Shown: piece by piece, positions 48,174-58,416 of the stretch
Numbering within the stretch: position 1 is the first letter of the stretch
How the letters are laid out: the number at the start of each line of letters is the position of its first letter
NCBI GenBank assembly: GCA_019119875.1
Contig: DWWG01000012.1
Coordinates: 25,214-89,213, forward strand
From: Candidatus Dietzia intestinigallinarum
GTDB lineage: Bacteria > Actinomycetota > Actinomycetes > Mycobacteriales > Mycobacteriaceae
Length of the DNA stretch: 64,000 bases
Direction: 5' to 3'
Position numbers and translations under genes: made by a program
The notes under the pieces: generated by a model
Told to the model about the DNA's origin: nothing
Seen by the model: the letters and a program-made list of their open reading frames with translations, nothing else
The model's database searches: none

Positions 48174-49343
48174 GTGACCGCCGCCCTCGACCTGAACGCC
48201 GACCCGGTCGACCTGACCCGCGCCCTGGTCGACATCCCCAGCCCGTCCCGGGCCGAGGACCAGATCGCCGGCATCGTCCACGCCTCACTGCTGGCCGCGA
48301 CGGCCCGGTTCACCGGCCCGGCGGCGGGCCGGACGGAGGTGCTCCGGGACGGCAACAGGGTCCTGGCGCGCACCCGCCGCGGACTGCCGGGTCGGGTGGT
48401 GTTGGCCGGGCACCTCGACACGGTCCCGATCGCGGACAACGTGCCGTGCAGGGTGACCGGAACGGGGGCGGACCGGGTTCTGCACGGGTGCGGCACGGTG
48501 GACATGAAATCGGGCGCCGCGGTCTTTTTGCACCTGTTCGCCACTCTCGCCGACGCCGCACAGCTGTCCCACGACCTGACCCTGGTGTTGTACGACTGCG
48601 AGGAGATCGAGGCCACCGCCAACGGACTCGGTCACCTCGAACGGACCCGCTCGGACTGGCTGACCGGTGACGTGGCGATCCTGGGTGAACCGACCGCCGG
48701 ACTCATCGAGGCCGGCTGCCAGGGCACCCTGCGCATCCGCGTTCACGCGCGGGGCGTGCGCGCGCACTCCGCCCGCAGCTGGTTGGGAGACAACGCCGCG
48801 CACCGCCTGGCTCCGGTGCTCGCCGCGTTGCAGCGGTACGCCCCGCGGTCGGTCGACATCGACGGCTGCGTGTACCGGGAGGGGTTGCAGGCGGTACGCC
48901 TGTCGGCCGGCATCGCCGGGAACACCGTCCCCGACGAGGCGTGGCTGGACGTGAACCACCGCTTCGCCCCCGACCGGGATCCGGGCTCCGCACTCGCCCA
49001 CACCCTCGACGCGCTCGGTCTGACCGGGGCGCCGCAGGCGGCCGAGGGACAGAGCCCGCCGGACACGCCGGGGCTGTACTGGGAGCTGACCGACCTGTCA
49101 CCGGGGGCTCTCCCGGGGCTGTCGGTCCCGGCCGCCGCGGACCTCGTCCGTGCCGCGGGGGGACGGGTGCGTGCCAAGTACGGGTGGACGGACGTGTCCC
49201 GGTTCGCCGCACTGGGCGTTCCCGCGGTCAATCTCGGTCCCGGAGACCCCGGGCTCGCCCACACCCGGGACGAGCACTGTCCCGCCGGGCAGATCACCGA
49301 GGTGTGCGCCACGCTGCGCTCCTATCTCACCGCGACCGCCTGA
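48174..49343 (+). CDS. dapE: succinyl-diaminopimelate desuccinylase
   Basis: [42 protein letters not shown]. Confidence 0.94.
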   Translation: MTAALDLNADPVDLTRALVDIPSPSRAEDQIAGIVHASLLAATARFTGPAAGRTEVLRDGNRVLARTRRGLPGRVVLAGHLDTVPIADNVPCRVTGTGADRVLHGCGTVDMKSGAAVFLHLFATLADAAQLSHDLTLVLYDCEEIEATANGLGHLERTRSDWLTGDVAILGEPTAGLIEAGCQGTLRIRVHARGVRAHSARSWLGDNAAHRLAPVLAALQRYAPRSVDIDGCVYREGLQAVRLSAGIAGNTVPDEAWLDVNHRFAPDRDPGSALAHTLDALGLTGAPQAAEGQSPPDTPGLYWELTDLSPGALPGLSVPAAADLVRAAGGRVRAKYGWTDVSRFAALGVPAVNLGPGDPGLAHTRDEHCPAGQITEVCATLRSYLTATA

Positions 49344-49399
49344 TCCGGCACCGCCGCCGCGCCCACCACGACCCGAGTTCGACAAGGAGAAACCGGCCC

Positions 49400-50200
49400 A
49401 TGGCCCCTACCGACCCCGTGCACATGCGCGGCCCCGTGCTCGTCCGCCGTCAGAAGGACGTCGAGCGCACGACCACCGACCAGCGACTGCTGGACAAGAA
49501 CCAGGACACCGACTGGCTGCACACCGACCCGTGGCGGGTGCTGCGCATCCAGAGTGAGTTCGTCAACGGGTTCGGGGCACTGGCGGAGTTGGCCGATGCG
49601 GTCAGCGTGTTCGGTTCGGCGCGTACGCGCCCGGGTGACCCCGTCTACGAGCAGGCGGTCGAGCTGGGCAGGGCGCTCACGGATGCCGGGTACGCCGTCG
49701 TGACGGGCGGTGGCCCGGGACAGATGGAGGCCGCCAACAAGGGCGCCTGGGAGGCCAACGGCCGCTCCGTGGGGCTGGGCATCGAGCTCCCGATGGAGCA
49801 GGGCCTCAACCGGTGGGTGGACCTGGGCCTGCACTTCCGGTACTTCTTCATCCGCAAGACGATGTTCGTCAAGTACACGCAGGCGTTCGTCTGCACCCCG
49901 GGTGGATTCGGCACTCTCGACGAGTTCTTCGAGGCCATCACACTGGTCCAGACCGACAAGATCACCCGCTTCCCGATCGTGCTGCTGGGTGCGGACTTCT
50001 GGGCGCCGCTGGCCGACTGGATCCGCGGCACGCTGGTCGAGGAGGGCATGATCTCGGCCGCGGACACGGACCTGTTCCTGGTGACCGACTCGGTCACCGA
50101 GACCGTCGAGCACATCCGCGAGGCGCACCAGCGTGCCGCGACCAGCGCGGAGCAGCGAGAGGATCTGTACGGCGAGGAGCACCGGGGGGTCGAGCGTTGA
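49400..50200 (+). CDS. LOG-family protein, long type (TIGR00730-like)
   Basis: RBS AAGGAG; SVFGSAR, TGGGPG.MEAANKGA, FFIRK, PGGFGTLDE. Confidence 0.92.
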   Translation: MAPTDPVHMRGPVLVRRQKDVERTTTDQRLLDKNQDTDWLHTDPWRVLRIQSEFVNGFGALAELADAVSVFGSARTRPGDPVYEQAVELGRALTDAGYAVVTGGGPGQMEAANKGAWEANGRSVGLGIELPMEQGLNRWVDLGLHFRYFFIRKTMFVKYTQAFVCTPGGFGTLDEFFEAITLVQTDKITRFPIVLLGADFWAPLADWIRGTLVEEGMISAADTDLFLVTDSVTETVEHIREAHQRAATSAEQREDLYGEEHRGVER

Positions 50201-50754
50201 TGTCACCCGTCCCGGGGCGGAGGGTCTGCGTCTACTGCGCCTCGTCCTCCTACGATCCGACGCTGCTGCAGATCGCCACCGACGTGGGCACCGCGATCGC
50301 CCGCCGTGGCTGGTCGCTGGTCTCCGGCGGGGGCAACGTCTCGATGATGGGGGCGCTGGCCGAAGCGGCCCGCTCCGGGGGCGCCCGCACGGTCGGTGTG
50401 ATCCCCGAGGGTCTGCGGGTCCGCGAGGTGGCCGATGTCTCGGCGGACGAACTCGTCGTCGTCACCTCCATGCGGGAACGCAAGCGCGAGATGGAGGAAC
50501 GCTCCGACGCGTTCCTCACCCTGCCGGGCGGGATCGGCACCATGGAGGAGATGTTCGAGATGTGGACCTCGGCCTCTCTCGGATTCCACTACAAGCCGGT
50601 GGTCCTCTACGACCCGATCGGCTTCTACACACCCCTGTTGGACTGGGTGCGGACCCTCGCGGATCAGGGACTGGTGCACGAGGAGGCGCTCGACTGCCTG
50701 GTGGTCCGCGACGACCTGGACGCCGCTCTCGACGCCTGCGGAGGCCGCCGGTGA
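50200..50754 (+). CDS. LOG-family phosphoribohydrolase, short type (Rv1205-like)
   Basis: TGATG coupling; VCVYCASS, GGGNVSMMG, MRERK, PGGIGTMEE. Confidence 0.92.
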   Translation: MSPVPGRRVCVYCASSSYDPTLLQIATDVGTAIARRGWSLVSGGGNVSMMGALAEAARSGGARTVGVIPEGLRVREVADVSADELVVVTSMRERKREMEERSDAFLTLPGGIGTMEEMFEMWTSASLGFHYKPVVLYDPIGFYTPLLDWVRTLADQGLVHEEALDCLVVRDDLDAALDACGGRR

Positions 50755-51635
50755 CCCCTGCCGTTCCGACGCCGCTGCCGACCCTGTGCGGTCGCGCGGT
50801 GCCGGTGGGACGCCCGCTGGTGATGGCGATCGTCAACCGTACGCCGGACTCGTTCTACGACCGCGGCGCCACCTTCACCGACACCGCCGCGATGCGCAGG
50901 GTCGACGAGGTGGTCGACGCCGGGGCCGACATCCTGGACATCGGCGGGGTCAAGGCCGGACCGGGGGACAGGGTCGACGCCGCCGAGGAGACCCGCCGGG
51001 TGGTGCCGTTCGTGGAGGAGGTCCGCCGGCGGCATCCCGACGTGCTCATCTCGGTGGACACCTGGCGCGGCGACGTCGCCCGCCGCGCGGTCACCGCCGG
51101 CGCCGACCTCGTCAACGACACCTGGGCCGGCCACGATCCCGGCGTGCTCGTCGCCGCCGGAGAGGCGGGCGCCGGGTTCGTCTGCTCCCACACCGGCGGA
51201 GCGGTGCCGCGGACACGACCGTTCCGGGTGGGGTACGAGGACGTGGTGGCCGACGTCGTGCGGGAGCTCACCGCGGCCGCCGGGCGCGCGCTGGCGGCCG
51301 GGGTGCCCGCGGACGGCGTGCTCATCGACCCGACCCACGACTTCGGCAAGAACACCTTCCACGGACTGGAACTGCTGCGGCGCCTCGACGAGATCGTGGC
51401 GGTCGGCCACCCGGTCCTGATGGCGCTGAGCAACAAGGACTTCATCGGTGAGACCCTCGATGCGGACATCGACGGCCGCGCCGAGGGCACGCTCGCCGCC
51501 ACGGCCGTCGCCGCGATGGCCGGCGCCCGGGTGTTCCGCACCCACGACGTGCCGGGCACGCTGCGGACGCTGGAGATGGTGGCCTCGATCGTCGGCACCC
51601 GGCCGCCGGCGCGGACGGTGCGAGGCCTGGCCTGA
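50751..51635 (+). CDS. folP2: dihydropteroate synthase-like protein (FolP2 type)
   Basis: MAIVNRTPDSFYD, DIGGVKAGPG, DPTHDFGKNT, SNKDF, RTHDV. Confidence 0.9.
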   Translation: MTPAVPTPLPTLCGRAVPVGRPLVMAIVNRTPDSFYDRGATFTDTAAMRRVDEVVDAGADILDIGGVKAGPGDRVDAAEETRRVVPFVEEVRRRHPDVLISVDTWRGDVARRAVTAGADLVNDTWAGHDPGVLVAAGEAGAGFVCSHTGGAVPRTRPFRVGYEDVVADVVRELTAAAGRALAAGVPADGVLIDPTHDFGKNTFHGLELLRRLDEIVAVGHPVLMALSNKDFIGETLDADIDGRAEGTLAATAVAAMAGARVFRTHDVPGTLRTLEMVASIVGTRPPARTVRGLA

Positions 51636-51722
51636 ACCGACCCCCGGTCACCCCCGGTGCAGGCGCGGCGTATGCCAGACTCGACAGATCAGGTCGCCAC
51701 CAGCGGAGGGGAACGGGAATAC

Positions 51723-52058
51723 ATGCTCACCGTCGTCGTCTACGTCGTGGTCACCTTCATCGTCGCGGCCGCGTTGTTCGCACTGTCGGTCGTCGTGTTC
51801 GGCCGGTCGGAGCTGCTACCGCCGGTGCGGAAGGACCACACGATCACCTACCTGCCGGCCGGTCCGATCGACGGCGAGGACCTGAGATCGGTCCGCTTCT
51901 CGATGGGTTTGCGGGGCTACCGGATGGCGGAGGTCGACTGGGCCCTCGAGCAGGCCGCGCGCGAGATCGATGTCCTGCGGGCACGTCTCGGAGAAGGCGA
52001 TCTGGCGGTCGATCCGTCGCCGCGGTCGGACAGTCGACCCAGTACGGCGTCAGGGTAA
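51723..52058 (+). CDS. DivIVA-domain membrane protein (Rv1209-like)
   Basis: N-terminal TM, then VRFSMGLRGYRMAEVD DivIVA motif. Confidence 0.85.
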   Translation: MLTVVVYVVVTFIVAAALFALSVVVFGRSELLPPVRKDHTITYLPAGPIDGEDLRSVRFSMGLRGYRMAEVDWALEQAAREIDVLRARLGEGDLAVDPSPRSDSRPSTASG

Positions 52059-52166
52059 CGCCGGACACGCTAGAATCGTCGATATCCACTCAGTAGTACC
52101 GATCGTGGGTCCGTCGCTTTTTCACACGGCGTCGCCCCGCGGACAAGGACGAAGGGAATCTACCTG

Positions 52167-52334
52167 ATGGCGGCTATGAAGCCCAGGACGGGTGACGGAC
52201 CGATCGAGGCGGCCAAGGAGGGCCGTGGGATCGTCATGCGCGTCCCGCTCGAGGGCGGCGGACGGCTGGTCGTCGAGCTGACCCCCGATGAGGCGAAGTC
52301 GCTGGGCGTGGAGTTGACCAAGGCCACCTCGTAA
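52167..52334 (+). CDS. DUF3117 small protein (Rv1211-like, 55 aa; below ORF-track cut-off)
   Basis: MAAMKPRTGDGPIEAAKEGRGIVMRVPLEGGGRLVVELTPDEAKSLGVELTKATS; RBS GAAGGGA. Confidence 0.92.
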   Translation: MAAMKPRTGDGPIEAAKEGRGIVMRVPLEGGGRLVVELTPDEAKSLGVELTKATS

Positions 52335-52409
52335 ACGCACACCCACCGATGCCGGCGCATCCGACCCTCGTGGCGGATGCGCCGACTCATGTGTCCGGAA
52401 GGTCTTTCT

Positions 52410-53960
52410 ATGCCCGCTGAAACCGGCCGTCCCGTGCCCGGTCGTCCCCTGCCCGTCGTGCGTGTCGTCTCCGCCGCCGACTCCGTCCCCGACGCCGCGA
52501 CGCCGCTGGTGACACGCGCCCCCGAGCCCGGCCGCGCCCCACGCGGGGCGGCGGAGGAGGCCCGCGTGACGGTGCGGGACGGCCACACCGTGCTCGAGGT
52601 GGAGCTCGACACCGCCGCGCCCCGCGCCGGTTGGGCCGGGGCCGTCGACCACGGCCTCGGCCACCGGCGGGCCGGCGCGGCCGCCGCCCGGCAGCTGCGG
52701 GATGCCCGCTCCACCGCTCCGGTCGTCGTGGACGTGCCCACCGTCCTGTCCGCCGACCGCCTGGGTGACCTGCTCCTGGGCTACCTGCTCGGCGCGCGGG
52801 GCCAGGACGTGTTCGCCGCCGAGCCGGTCCCGGTGGCGCCGGAGCTGGTCGTGCGGGTGGGATCGGCCTCGCGAGGCCGTGACGGTGCGGGGGCCGGTGT
52901 CGCCGGCGACGGTGGCCCCGGGGGCGACGACGACGGGGACCTCCGGGACTGTGTCCACGGTATCGTCGCGGCGGCCGGGGAGGCGGCTCGAGCGACGGCG
53001 CTGGCCCGGGATCTCGCGGGTGCGCCCTCGGTGCTGAAGACGCCGCAGTGGCTCGTGGCCAGGATGGCCGAGACGCTGGGGGCGGCGGGGATGAACACCG
53101 ATATCCTCAGCGGGGAGAGGCTCGAAGCCGGCGGTTTCGGGGGCGTGCTGGCGGTCGGCGGTGGTTCGGAGGCGCCGCCCGCGGTCTTGGTCGCCCGCCG
53201 GCCGGGAGACGGACCCCGCGTGCTGTTGGTGGGCAAGGGCGTCACGTTCGACACCGGAGGCATCTCGGTCAAGCCGGCCGAGGGGATGCACCTGATGCGC
53301 ACGGACATGGCCGGCTCGGCGGCCGTGGTCGCGGCGGCGGCCGCGTTCTGCGCGGACGACCGGCACCCACACGCCGACCTGGACCTGACGGTGGTGGTGC
53401 CGTCGGCCGAGAACATGCTCTCGGGCTCGGCCTACCGGCCCGGCGACGTGGTGACGCATGTCGACGGCACCACCACGGAGGTCTCCAACACCGACGCGGA
53501 GGGACGCATGGTGCTCGCCGACGGCCTCGCCCACGGGATCGCCGAGGCCGACCCGGACGTGGTGGTGGACGTCGCCACCCTGACCGGCGCGATGAAGGTC
53601 GCGCTCGGGATGCGGACCGGCGCGGTCATGTCCTCGGACGACGACCTGGCCGAGCGGGTCTCGGGCGCCGGCGCCGCGGCGGGGGAGCGGTGGTGGCGTC
53701 TGCCGCTGCCCGACGACCTTCGTTCCGCGGTCCGCTCGGATATCGCCGACCTCAAGCAGGCCCCCAAGGGGCCGGGTGCGATCACCGCGGCGCTGTTCCT
53801 CGAGGGGTTCGTCGACGGAACGCCCTGGGCGCACCTGGACATCGCGGGTCCGGCACGGTCTCCGGAGGAGATCGACGAGGTGGGTCCGGTGGCGACCGGG
53901 TTCGCGACGCGGACCCTGCTCGGACTGCTTCGGGATCTCGCGCTCCGGCCGCGGGCGTGA
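52410..53960 (+). CDS. M17 leucyl aminopeptidase
   Basis: VGKGVTFDTGG, MRTDMAG, NTDAEGR, DVATLTG, WAHLDIAG. Confidence 0.93.
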   Translation: MPAETGRPVPGRPLPVVRVVSAADSVPDAATPLVTRAPEPGRAPRGAAEEARVTVRDGHTVLEVELDTAAPRAGWAGAVDHGLGHRRAGAAAARQLRDARSTAPVVVDVPTVLSADRLGDLLLGYLLGARGQDVFAAEPVPVAPELVVRVGSASRGRDGAGAGVAGDGGPGGDDDGDLRDCVHGIVAAAGEAARATALARDLAGAPSVLKTPQWLVARMAETLGAAGMNTDILSGERLEAGGFGGVLAVGGGSEAPPAVLVARRPGDGPRVLLVGKGVTFDTGGISVKPAEGMHLMRTDMAGSAAVVAAAAAFCADDRHPHADLDLTVVVPSAENMLSGSAYRPGDVVTHVDGTTTEVSNTDAEGRMVLADGLAHGIAEADPDVVVDVATLTGAMKVALGMRTGAVMSSDDDLAERVSGAGAAAGERWWRLPLPDDLRSAVRSDIADLKQAPKGPGAITAALFLEGFVDGTPWAHLDIAGPARSPEEIDEVGPVATGFATRTLLGLLRDLALRPRA

Positions 53961-54952
53961 CCGGGGACCCGGGGGCGTTGACGCGCGCGGTCCCGCTGCT
54001 GCGGTGCCCGCAGTGCTCGGGGCCTGTCGAAGCACACACCGCCGCGTCGGCCGCTGTCGGCGCGGCCGGTCCCGGCACCCGGCTCCGCGGCTCGGGCGTC
54101 ACCGGGATCCGCTGCGGTGCCGGACACTCCTTCGACAGGGCCCGGCACGGCTATCTCACGCTCTTCGGCCCCCGTGGCCGGCGGTTTCCCGGCGACACCA
54201 CCGACCAGATTCTCGCGCGGGAGCGGGTGCTGGGCTCCGGGGTGTTCGACACCGTGGCCGGGGTGCTCACCGGGATCGCCCGCGAGCAGATCGTCGGGGG
54301 CGTCAGCCCGGTGGGCGGTGTGGCCGGCGGGAGGGCCCGGGGCGGCGGCCCGGTGGTCCTGGACGTCGGCGCCGGGACCGGCTTCTACCTCGGTCGCGTT
54401 CTCGACGGGGTCCGCGCGGCGGGCGGACCGGGTCGGGCACGGGGCACACAGGCCCCGCTCGGCATCGGCACGGAGCTCTCCGTCGCCGCCGCCAGGCGCC
54501 TGGCCAGGGCGGATCCCGACGCGGTGGCCCTCGTAGCGGACACGTGGGACGGACTGCCGCTGGCCGAGGAATCGGTGGATCTGGTCCAGGTGGTGTTCGC
54601 GCCGCGGAACGCCTCGGAGTTCGCCCGGGTCCTGCGTCCCGACGGGATCCTCGTCGTGGCGGCGCCCGGGCCGGGACACCTGGAACCCCTACGCTCGGAT
54701 GCCGGGATGCTCACCCCTGAACCGGACAAGGCCGACCGGCTCGAATCAGGGCTCGCCCGGTTCTTCTCGCCCGGCCGGGTCCACGTGGTGGACGAGATCG
54801 TGCGGGTGTCCGGCGCGGTGGCCGCCGACCTCGCGCTCATGGGGCCCAGCGGCGTCCACCTGGACCGGGGCGACCTCGAACGGTCCCTCGGCGCGTCCGA
54901 TCGCGAGGTGCGCCTGCACGTGGAGGTGCGCACGTTCCGCCCGGCCCGGTAG
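53957..54952 (+). CDS. RlmA/RrmA-like SAM-dependent rRNA methyltransferase
   Basis: GTGA overlap; Zn-finger CPQC...C..GHSFD.ARHGYL; LDVGAGTGFY; FAPRN. Confidence 0.85.
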   Translation: MTGDPGALTRAVPLLRCPQCSGPVEAHTAASAAVGAAGPGTRLRGSGVTGIRCGAGHSFDRARHGYLTLFGPRGRRFPGDTTDQILARERVLGSGVFDTVAGVLTGIAREQIVGGVSPVGGVAGGRARGGGPVVLDVGAGTGFYLGRVLDGVRAAGGPGRARGTQAPLGIGTELSVAAARRLARADPDAVALVADTWDGLPLAEESVDLVQVVFAPRNASEFARVLRPDGILVVAAPGPGHLEPLRSDAGMLTPEPDKADRLESGLARFFSPGRVHVVDEIVRVSGAVAADLALMGPSGVHLDRGDLERSLGASDREVRLHVEVRTFRPAR

Positions 54953-54988
54953 CGCACGCCCGGACGGCGCGGCCCGCCGCCGCGCCGG

Positions 54989-56158
54989 TCAGCGCAGCAG
55001 CGAGGCGTAGAGCCGGTGGGTCTGCTCGGCTATCACGTGCCACGAGAACCGGGTGCGGGCCCGCTCCTGCCCCGCCCGCCCGTACCGGGTCGCCCTGCCC
55101 GCATCGGAGATCAACTCGTTGACCGCCGAGGCGATACCCGCCTCGAACGCCCCGGGATCGTGCGCGTCGTAGTGGACGAGTGTTCCGGTCTCGCCGTCCA
55201 CGACGACCTCCGGTATCCCGCCCACGTCGGAGGCGACCACCGCGGTCTCGCATGCCATGGCCTCGAGATTGACGATGCCCAGTGGCTCGTACACGGACGG
55301 ACACGCGAACACCGACGCAGCGGAGAGGATCTCGATCACCTCGTGTCGCGGCAGCATGTCGCGCAACCAGAACACCCCCCGGCGGACCGCGCGCAGTTCG
55401 CCGACGAGTGATTCCATCTCGGCCGCGATCTCAGGGGTGTCCGGGGCCCCGGCGCACAGTACGAGCTGGGCGTCCGGGTGGAAATCACGGGCGGCTCGCA
55501 CCAGGTGAGGTACCCCCTTCTGCCTGGTGATGCGGCCGACGAACGCCACGATCGGCCGGTCCGGGTCCACGCCGTGACGACGCAGCACCGAGTCCTCGTG
55601 CGTGTGCGGATCGACGGGAGACCACACCGAGGTGTCGATCCCGTTGAGGATCACGTGGATACGGGCCGGGTCGATCTCGGGGTAGACGTGGAGGATCTCG
55701 TTCCGCATCCGGTCGCTCACGGCCACCACCGCGTCGGCGTTCGCGAACGCATTTCGTTCGGACCACGACGACACCCGGTAGCCGCCGCCCAGCTGCTCGG
55801 CCTTCCACGGGCGGCTCGGTTCCAGCGAGTGCGCCGACACGACGTGGGGGATCCCGTACAGCTCACCGGCGAGGTGCCCGGCCAGGCCCGTGTACCAGGT
55901 GTGGGAGTGGACGATGTCGGCGCGCTCGGCCCCGATGCACATCCGCAGGCCCGCAGACAGGGTCTGGATCGCCGGGTTGGCACCCGCCCCGAGCCCCGGG
56001 TCGGGCCGGAACGCCCGGGCGGTGTCCCTGTCCGCACCCATACACAGCACGTCGACGTCGCAGAGCGGCCGTAGCGTCGCCACCAGTTCGGTGACGTGGA
56101 CGCCCGCCCCGCCGTAGACCTCAGGCGGGTACTCCCTCGTCATCATCGCTACTCGCAC
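54989..56158 (-). CDS. glgA: glycogen synthase / maltose-1-phosphate synthase (GlgM type)
   Basis: MRVAMMTREYPPEVYGGAG, HSHTWY, FVGRITRQKG, EPLGIVNLEAM. Confidence 0.94.
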   Translation of the reverse strand: MRVAMMTREYPPEVYGGAGVHVTELVATLRPLCDVDVLCMGADRDTARAFRPDPGLGAGANPAIQTLSAGLRMCIGAERADIVHSHTWYTGLAGHLAGELYGIPHVVSAHSLEPSRPWKAEQLGGGYRVSSWSERNAFANADAVVAVSDRMRNEILHVYPEIDPARIHVILNGIDTSVWSPVDPHTHEDSVLRRHGVDPDRPIVAFVGRITRQKGVPHLVRAARDFHPDAQLVLCAGAPDTPEIAAEMESLVGELRAVRRGVFWLRDMLPRHEVIEILSAASVFACPSVYEPLGIVNLEAMACETAVVASDVGGIPEVVVDGETGTLVHYDAHDPGAFEAGIASAVNELISDAGRATRYGRAGQERARTRFSWHVIAEQTHRLYASLLR

Positions 56159-56300
56159 AGTCGTCAACCTAGCCGCTCCACGGCGTTCCCGGAGCGGCCC
56201 CGGTGAACACCGCGCGTCCGCCGGATGGCGAGTCGGTGCGGGGCGGGGGCAATGCTCACGTTGCCCGGTGCGGAGGTCGTGATGTGGTTACGGTGGGGGC

Positions 56301-57527
56301 GTGAGGAGCCAGCCACACGTCCTAGCACTCGTCCTCGCCGGGGGCGAGGGCAAGCGTCTCTTCCCGCTGACCGCGGACCGGGCGAAGCCGGCCGTGCCGT
56401 TCGGGGGGTCCTACCGGCTCATCGATTTCGTGTTGAGCAACCTGGTCAACGCCGGTTTCATGCGGATCTGCGTTCTCACCCAGTACAAGTCGCACTCACT
56501 GGACCGTCACATCTCCCAGGTCTGGCACATGAGCGGGATGGGCGGGGAGTACATCACCCCGGTGCCCGCACAGCAGCGGCTCGGCCCGCGCTGGTACACG
56601 GGTTCGGCGGACGCCATCCTGCAGTCGTTGAACCTGGTGTACGACGAGCGACCGGACCACATCATGGTGTTCGGTGCCGATCACGTGTACCGCATGGATC
56701 CCCGGCAGATGCTCGACCATCACGTCGCCACCGGTGCCGCGGTGACCGTGGCCGGGATCCGGGTGCCGCGCAGCGAGGCGTTCGCGTTCGGCTGCATCGA
56801 TGCCGGGGAGGACGACCTCATCCGCGGCTGGGTGGAAAAGCCCGCCGAGCCCCCTGGGACCCCGGATGATCCGGACGCGACGTTCGCCTCGATGGGTAAC
56901 TACATCTTCACCACCGACGCGCTCATCGAGGGGCTGAAGGCCGACGCGGAGAAGCCCGATTCCTCACATGACATGGGCGGGGACATCATCCCGGCGCTCG
57001 TGGAGCAGGAGCGGGCGTACGTGTACGACTTCGCGCGCAACGTCGTGCCGGGCGAGACCGACCGGGACCGCGGCTACTGGCGTGACGTGGGCACGATCGA
57101 CGCTTTCTACGACGCCCACCGGGATCTGGTGTCCGTGCACCCGGTCTTCAACCTCTACAACTCCCTGTGGCCGATCCGGACGCAGCAGGACAACCTCCCG
57201 CCGGCGAAGTTCGTCAAGGGCGGGATGGCGCAGGAATCGATGGTCGGGGCCGGCAGCATCATCTCGGCGGGGACGGTGCGCAATTCCGTGGTGGCCAACA
57301 ACGTTCTCGTCGAGGACGGCGCGGTGGTCGAGGGCAGTGTCCTCCTACCCGGCGTACGGATCGGGCGCGGTGCCGTCGTGCGCAAGGCGATCGTCGACAA
57401 GAACAGTCACATCGGCGACGGTGACCTCATCGGGGTGGACCACGAGCGCGACAGTCGTCGTTTCCCGATCAGCGCGGGTGGCGTGGTGAGCGTGGCCAAG
57501 AACTCCGTGACCTCGCTGCCCAACTAG
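56301..57527 (+). CDS. glgC: glucose-1-phosphate adenylyltransferase
   Basis: [40 protein letters not shown]. Confidence 0.97.
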   Translation: MRSQPHVLALVLAGGEGKRLFPLTADRAKPAVPFGGSYRLIDFVLSNLVNAGFMRICVLTQYKSHSLDRHISQVWHMSGMGGEYITPVPAQQRLGPRWYTGSADAILQSLNLVYDERPDHIMVFGADHVYRMDPRQMLDHHVATGAAVTVAGIRVPRSEAFAFGCIDAGEDDLIRGWVEKPAEPPGTPDDPDATFASMGNYIFTTDALIEGLKADAEKPDSSHDMGGDIIPALVEQERAYVYDFARNVVPGETDRDRGYWRDVGTIDAFYDAHRDLVSVHPVFNLYNSLWPIRTQQDNLPPAKFVKGGMAQESMVGAGSIISAGTVRNSVVANNVLVEDGAVVEGSVLLPGVRIGRGAVVRKAIVDKNSHIGDGDLIGVDHERDSRRFPISAGGVVSVAKNSVTSLPN

Positions 57528-57613
57528 GTGGCCCTGTGCGTGCTGCTCGCCCGGCTCGCGGTCCCCGCCCGGGGCCGGCTCGCGCGGGCGGCGGCGAGTC
57601 GTCCGGGGCGAGG

Positions 57614-58222
57614 TCAGAGGGTGACGACAGTGAGTCCGGAGCCCACCGGCAGCACCGTGACGTGGGCGTGCTCGGGTAGCTCCGCGTCCTCGGGGAGGGG
57701 CGCGTGCTCGCCGATCAGGACCAGTGCTCCGCCCGGGCGCAGCAACTGGTGGGAGCGGGAGACGACCCGGGACACGGAGTGGGTCGGAACATCGGCCACC
57801 ACGAGGTCGTAGGCCCCGTCGGCCAGCTTGTCCGCGACCTCGAGCGGGCGGGCCGCGATGTACCTGGCCGACGAGGACGGGTGGCCCGCCGCCCGGACCG
57901 CAGACCGCGCGGCGTCGAGGTGGTGGGGGTCGTCGGTGATGCAGGTGACCACCGCGCCGGCACCCGGGCCGGCGGCGGCGAGGATCGCGAGTGCGGGTAC
58001 GCCGGGGGCGGGGGAGATGCACACCGCGGCGCGGGCGCCGGTGAGTCGGGCCACCAGCCGGATCGCCTCCGCTGTCAACGCGTCGGGGGACGCGGCGCCC
58101 AGTTCGGCCGCCTCGGCGCGGGCGGGGGCGTAGAGGGCGTCGTCGACGAGCTCGGCGCTCCGGCGCGCGATGCCGTCGAGCCCGGAACGGTCGGTGGCGG
58201 GGGTATCAGAGGAATCGGACAC
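57614..58222 (-). CDS. putative O-methyltransferase (Rv1220c-like)
   Basis: Divergent from sigE; YDLVVAD, LRPGG; SAM motif degenerate. Confidence 0.82.
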   Translation of the reverse strand: MSDSSDTPATDRSGLDGIARRSAELVDDALYAPARAEAAELGAASPDALTAEAIRLVARLTGARAAVCISPAPGVPALAILAAAGPGAGAVVTCITDDPHHLDAARSAVRAAGHPSSSARYIAARPLEVADKLADGAYDLVVADVPTHSVSRVVSRSHQLLRPGGALVLIGEHAPLPEDAELPEHAHVTVLPVGSGLTVVTL

Positions 58223-58290
58223 CTGATCAGCGTATCCGGCGAGCGGCACCGGACGGTGTCCAACGCGCGGTGATCTGATCGGTACAAGAC

Positions 58291-58307
58291 TCTCAGACAC
58301 ATCTCAG
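58291..58307 (+). promoter_or_regulatory. MprA binding site
   Basis: Perfect TCTCAG-N5-TCTCAG (TCTCAGACACATCTCAG) upstream of sigE. Confidence 0.85.
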
Positions 58308-58416
58308 TACGGGTATACCGTGAGGACAGATCGATGAGGGAGGGTGGTAACCGTCGCACCACGCGGGTGCGTTGAACACCGCGCGGACCACCGGGCCGCG
58401 CCGGAGGAGCAGCGGC

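Noticed and set aside
53048-53956. N-terminal 303 codons of the 634-aa ORF
   Set aside because: Off-frame overlap with the aminopeptidase; the methyltransferase starts at 53957.
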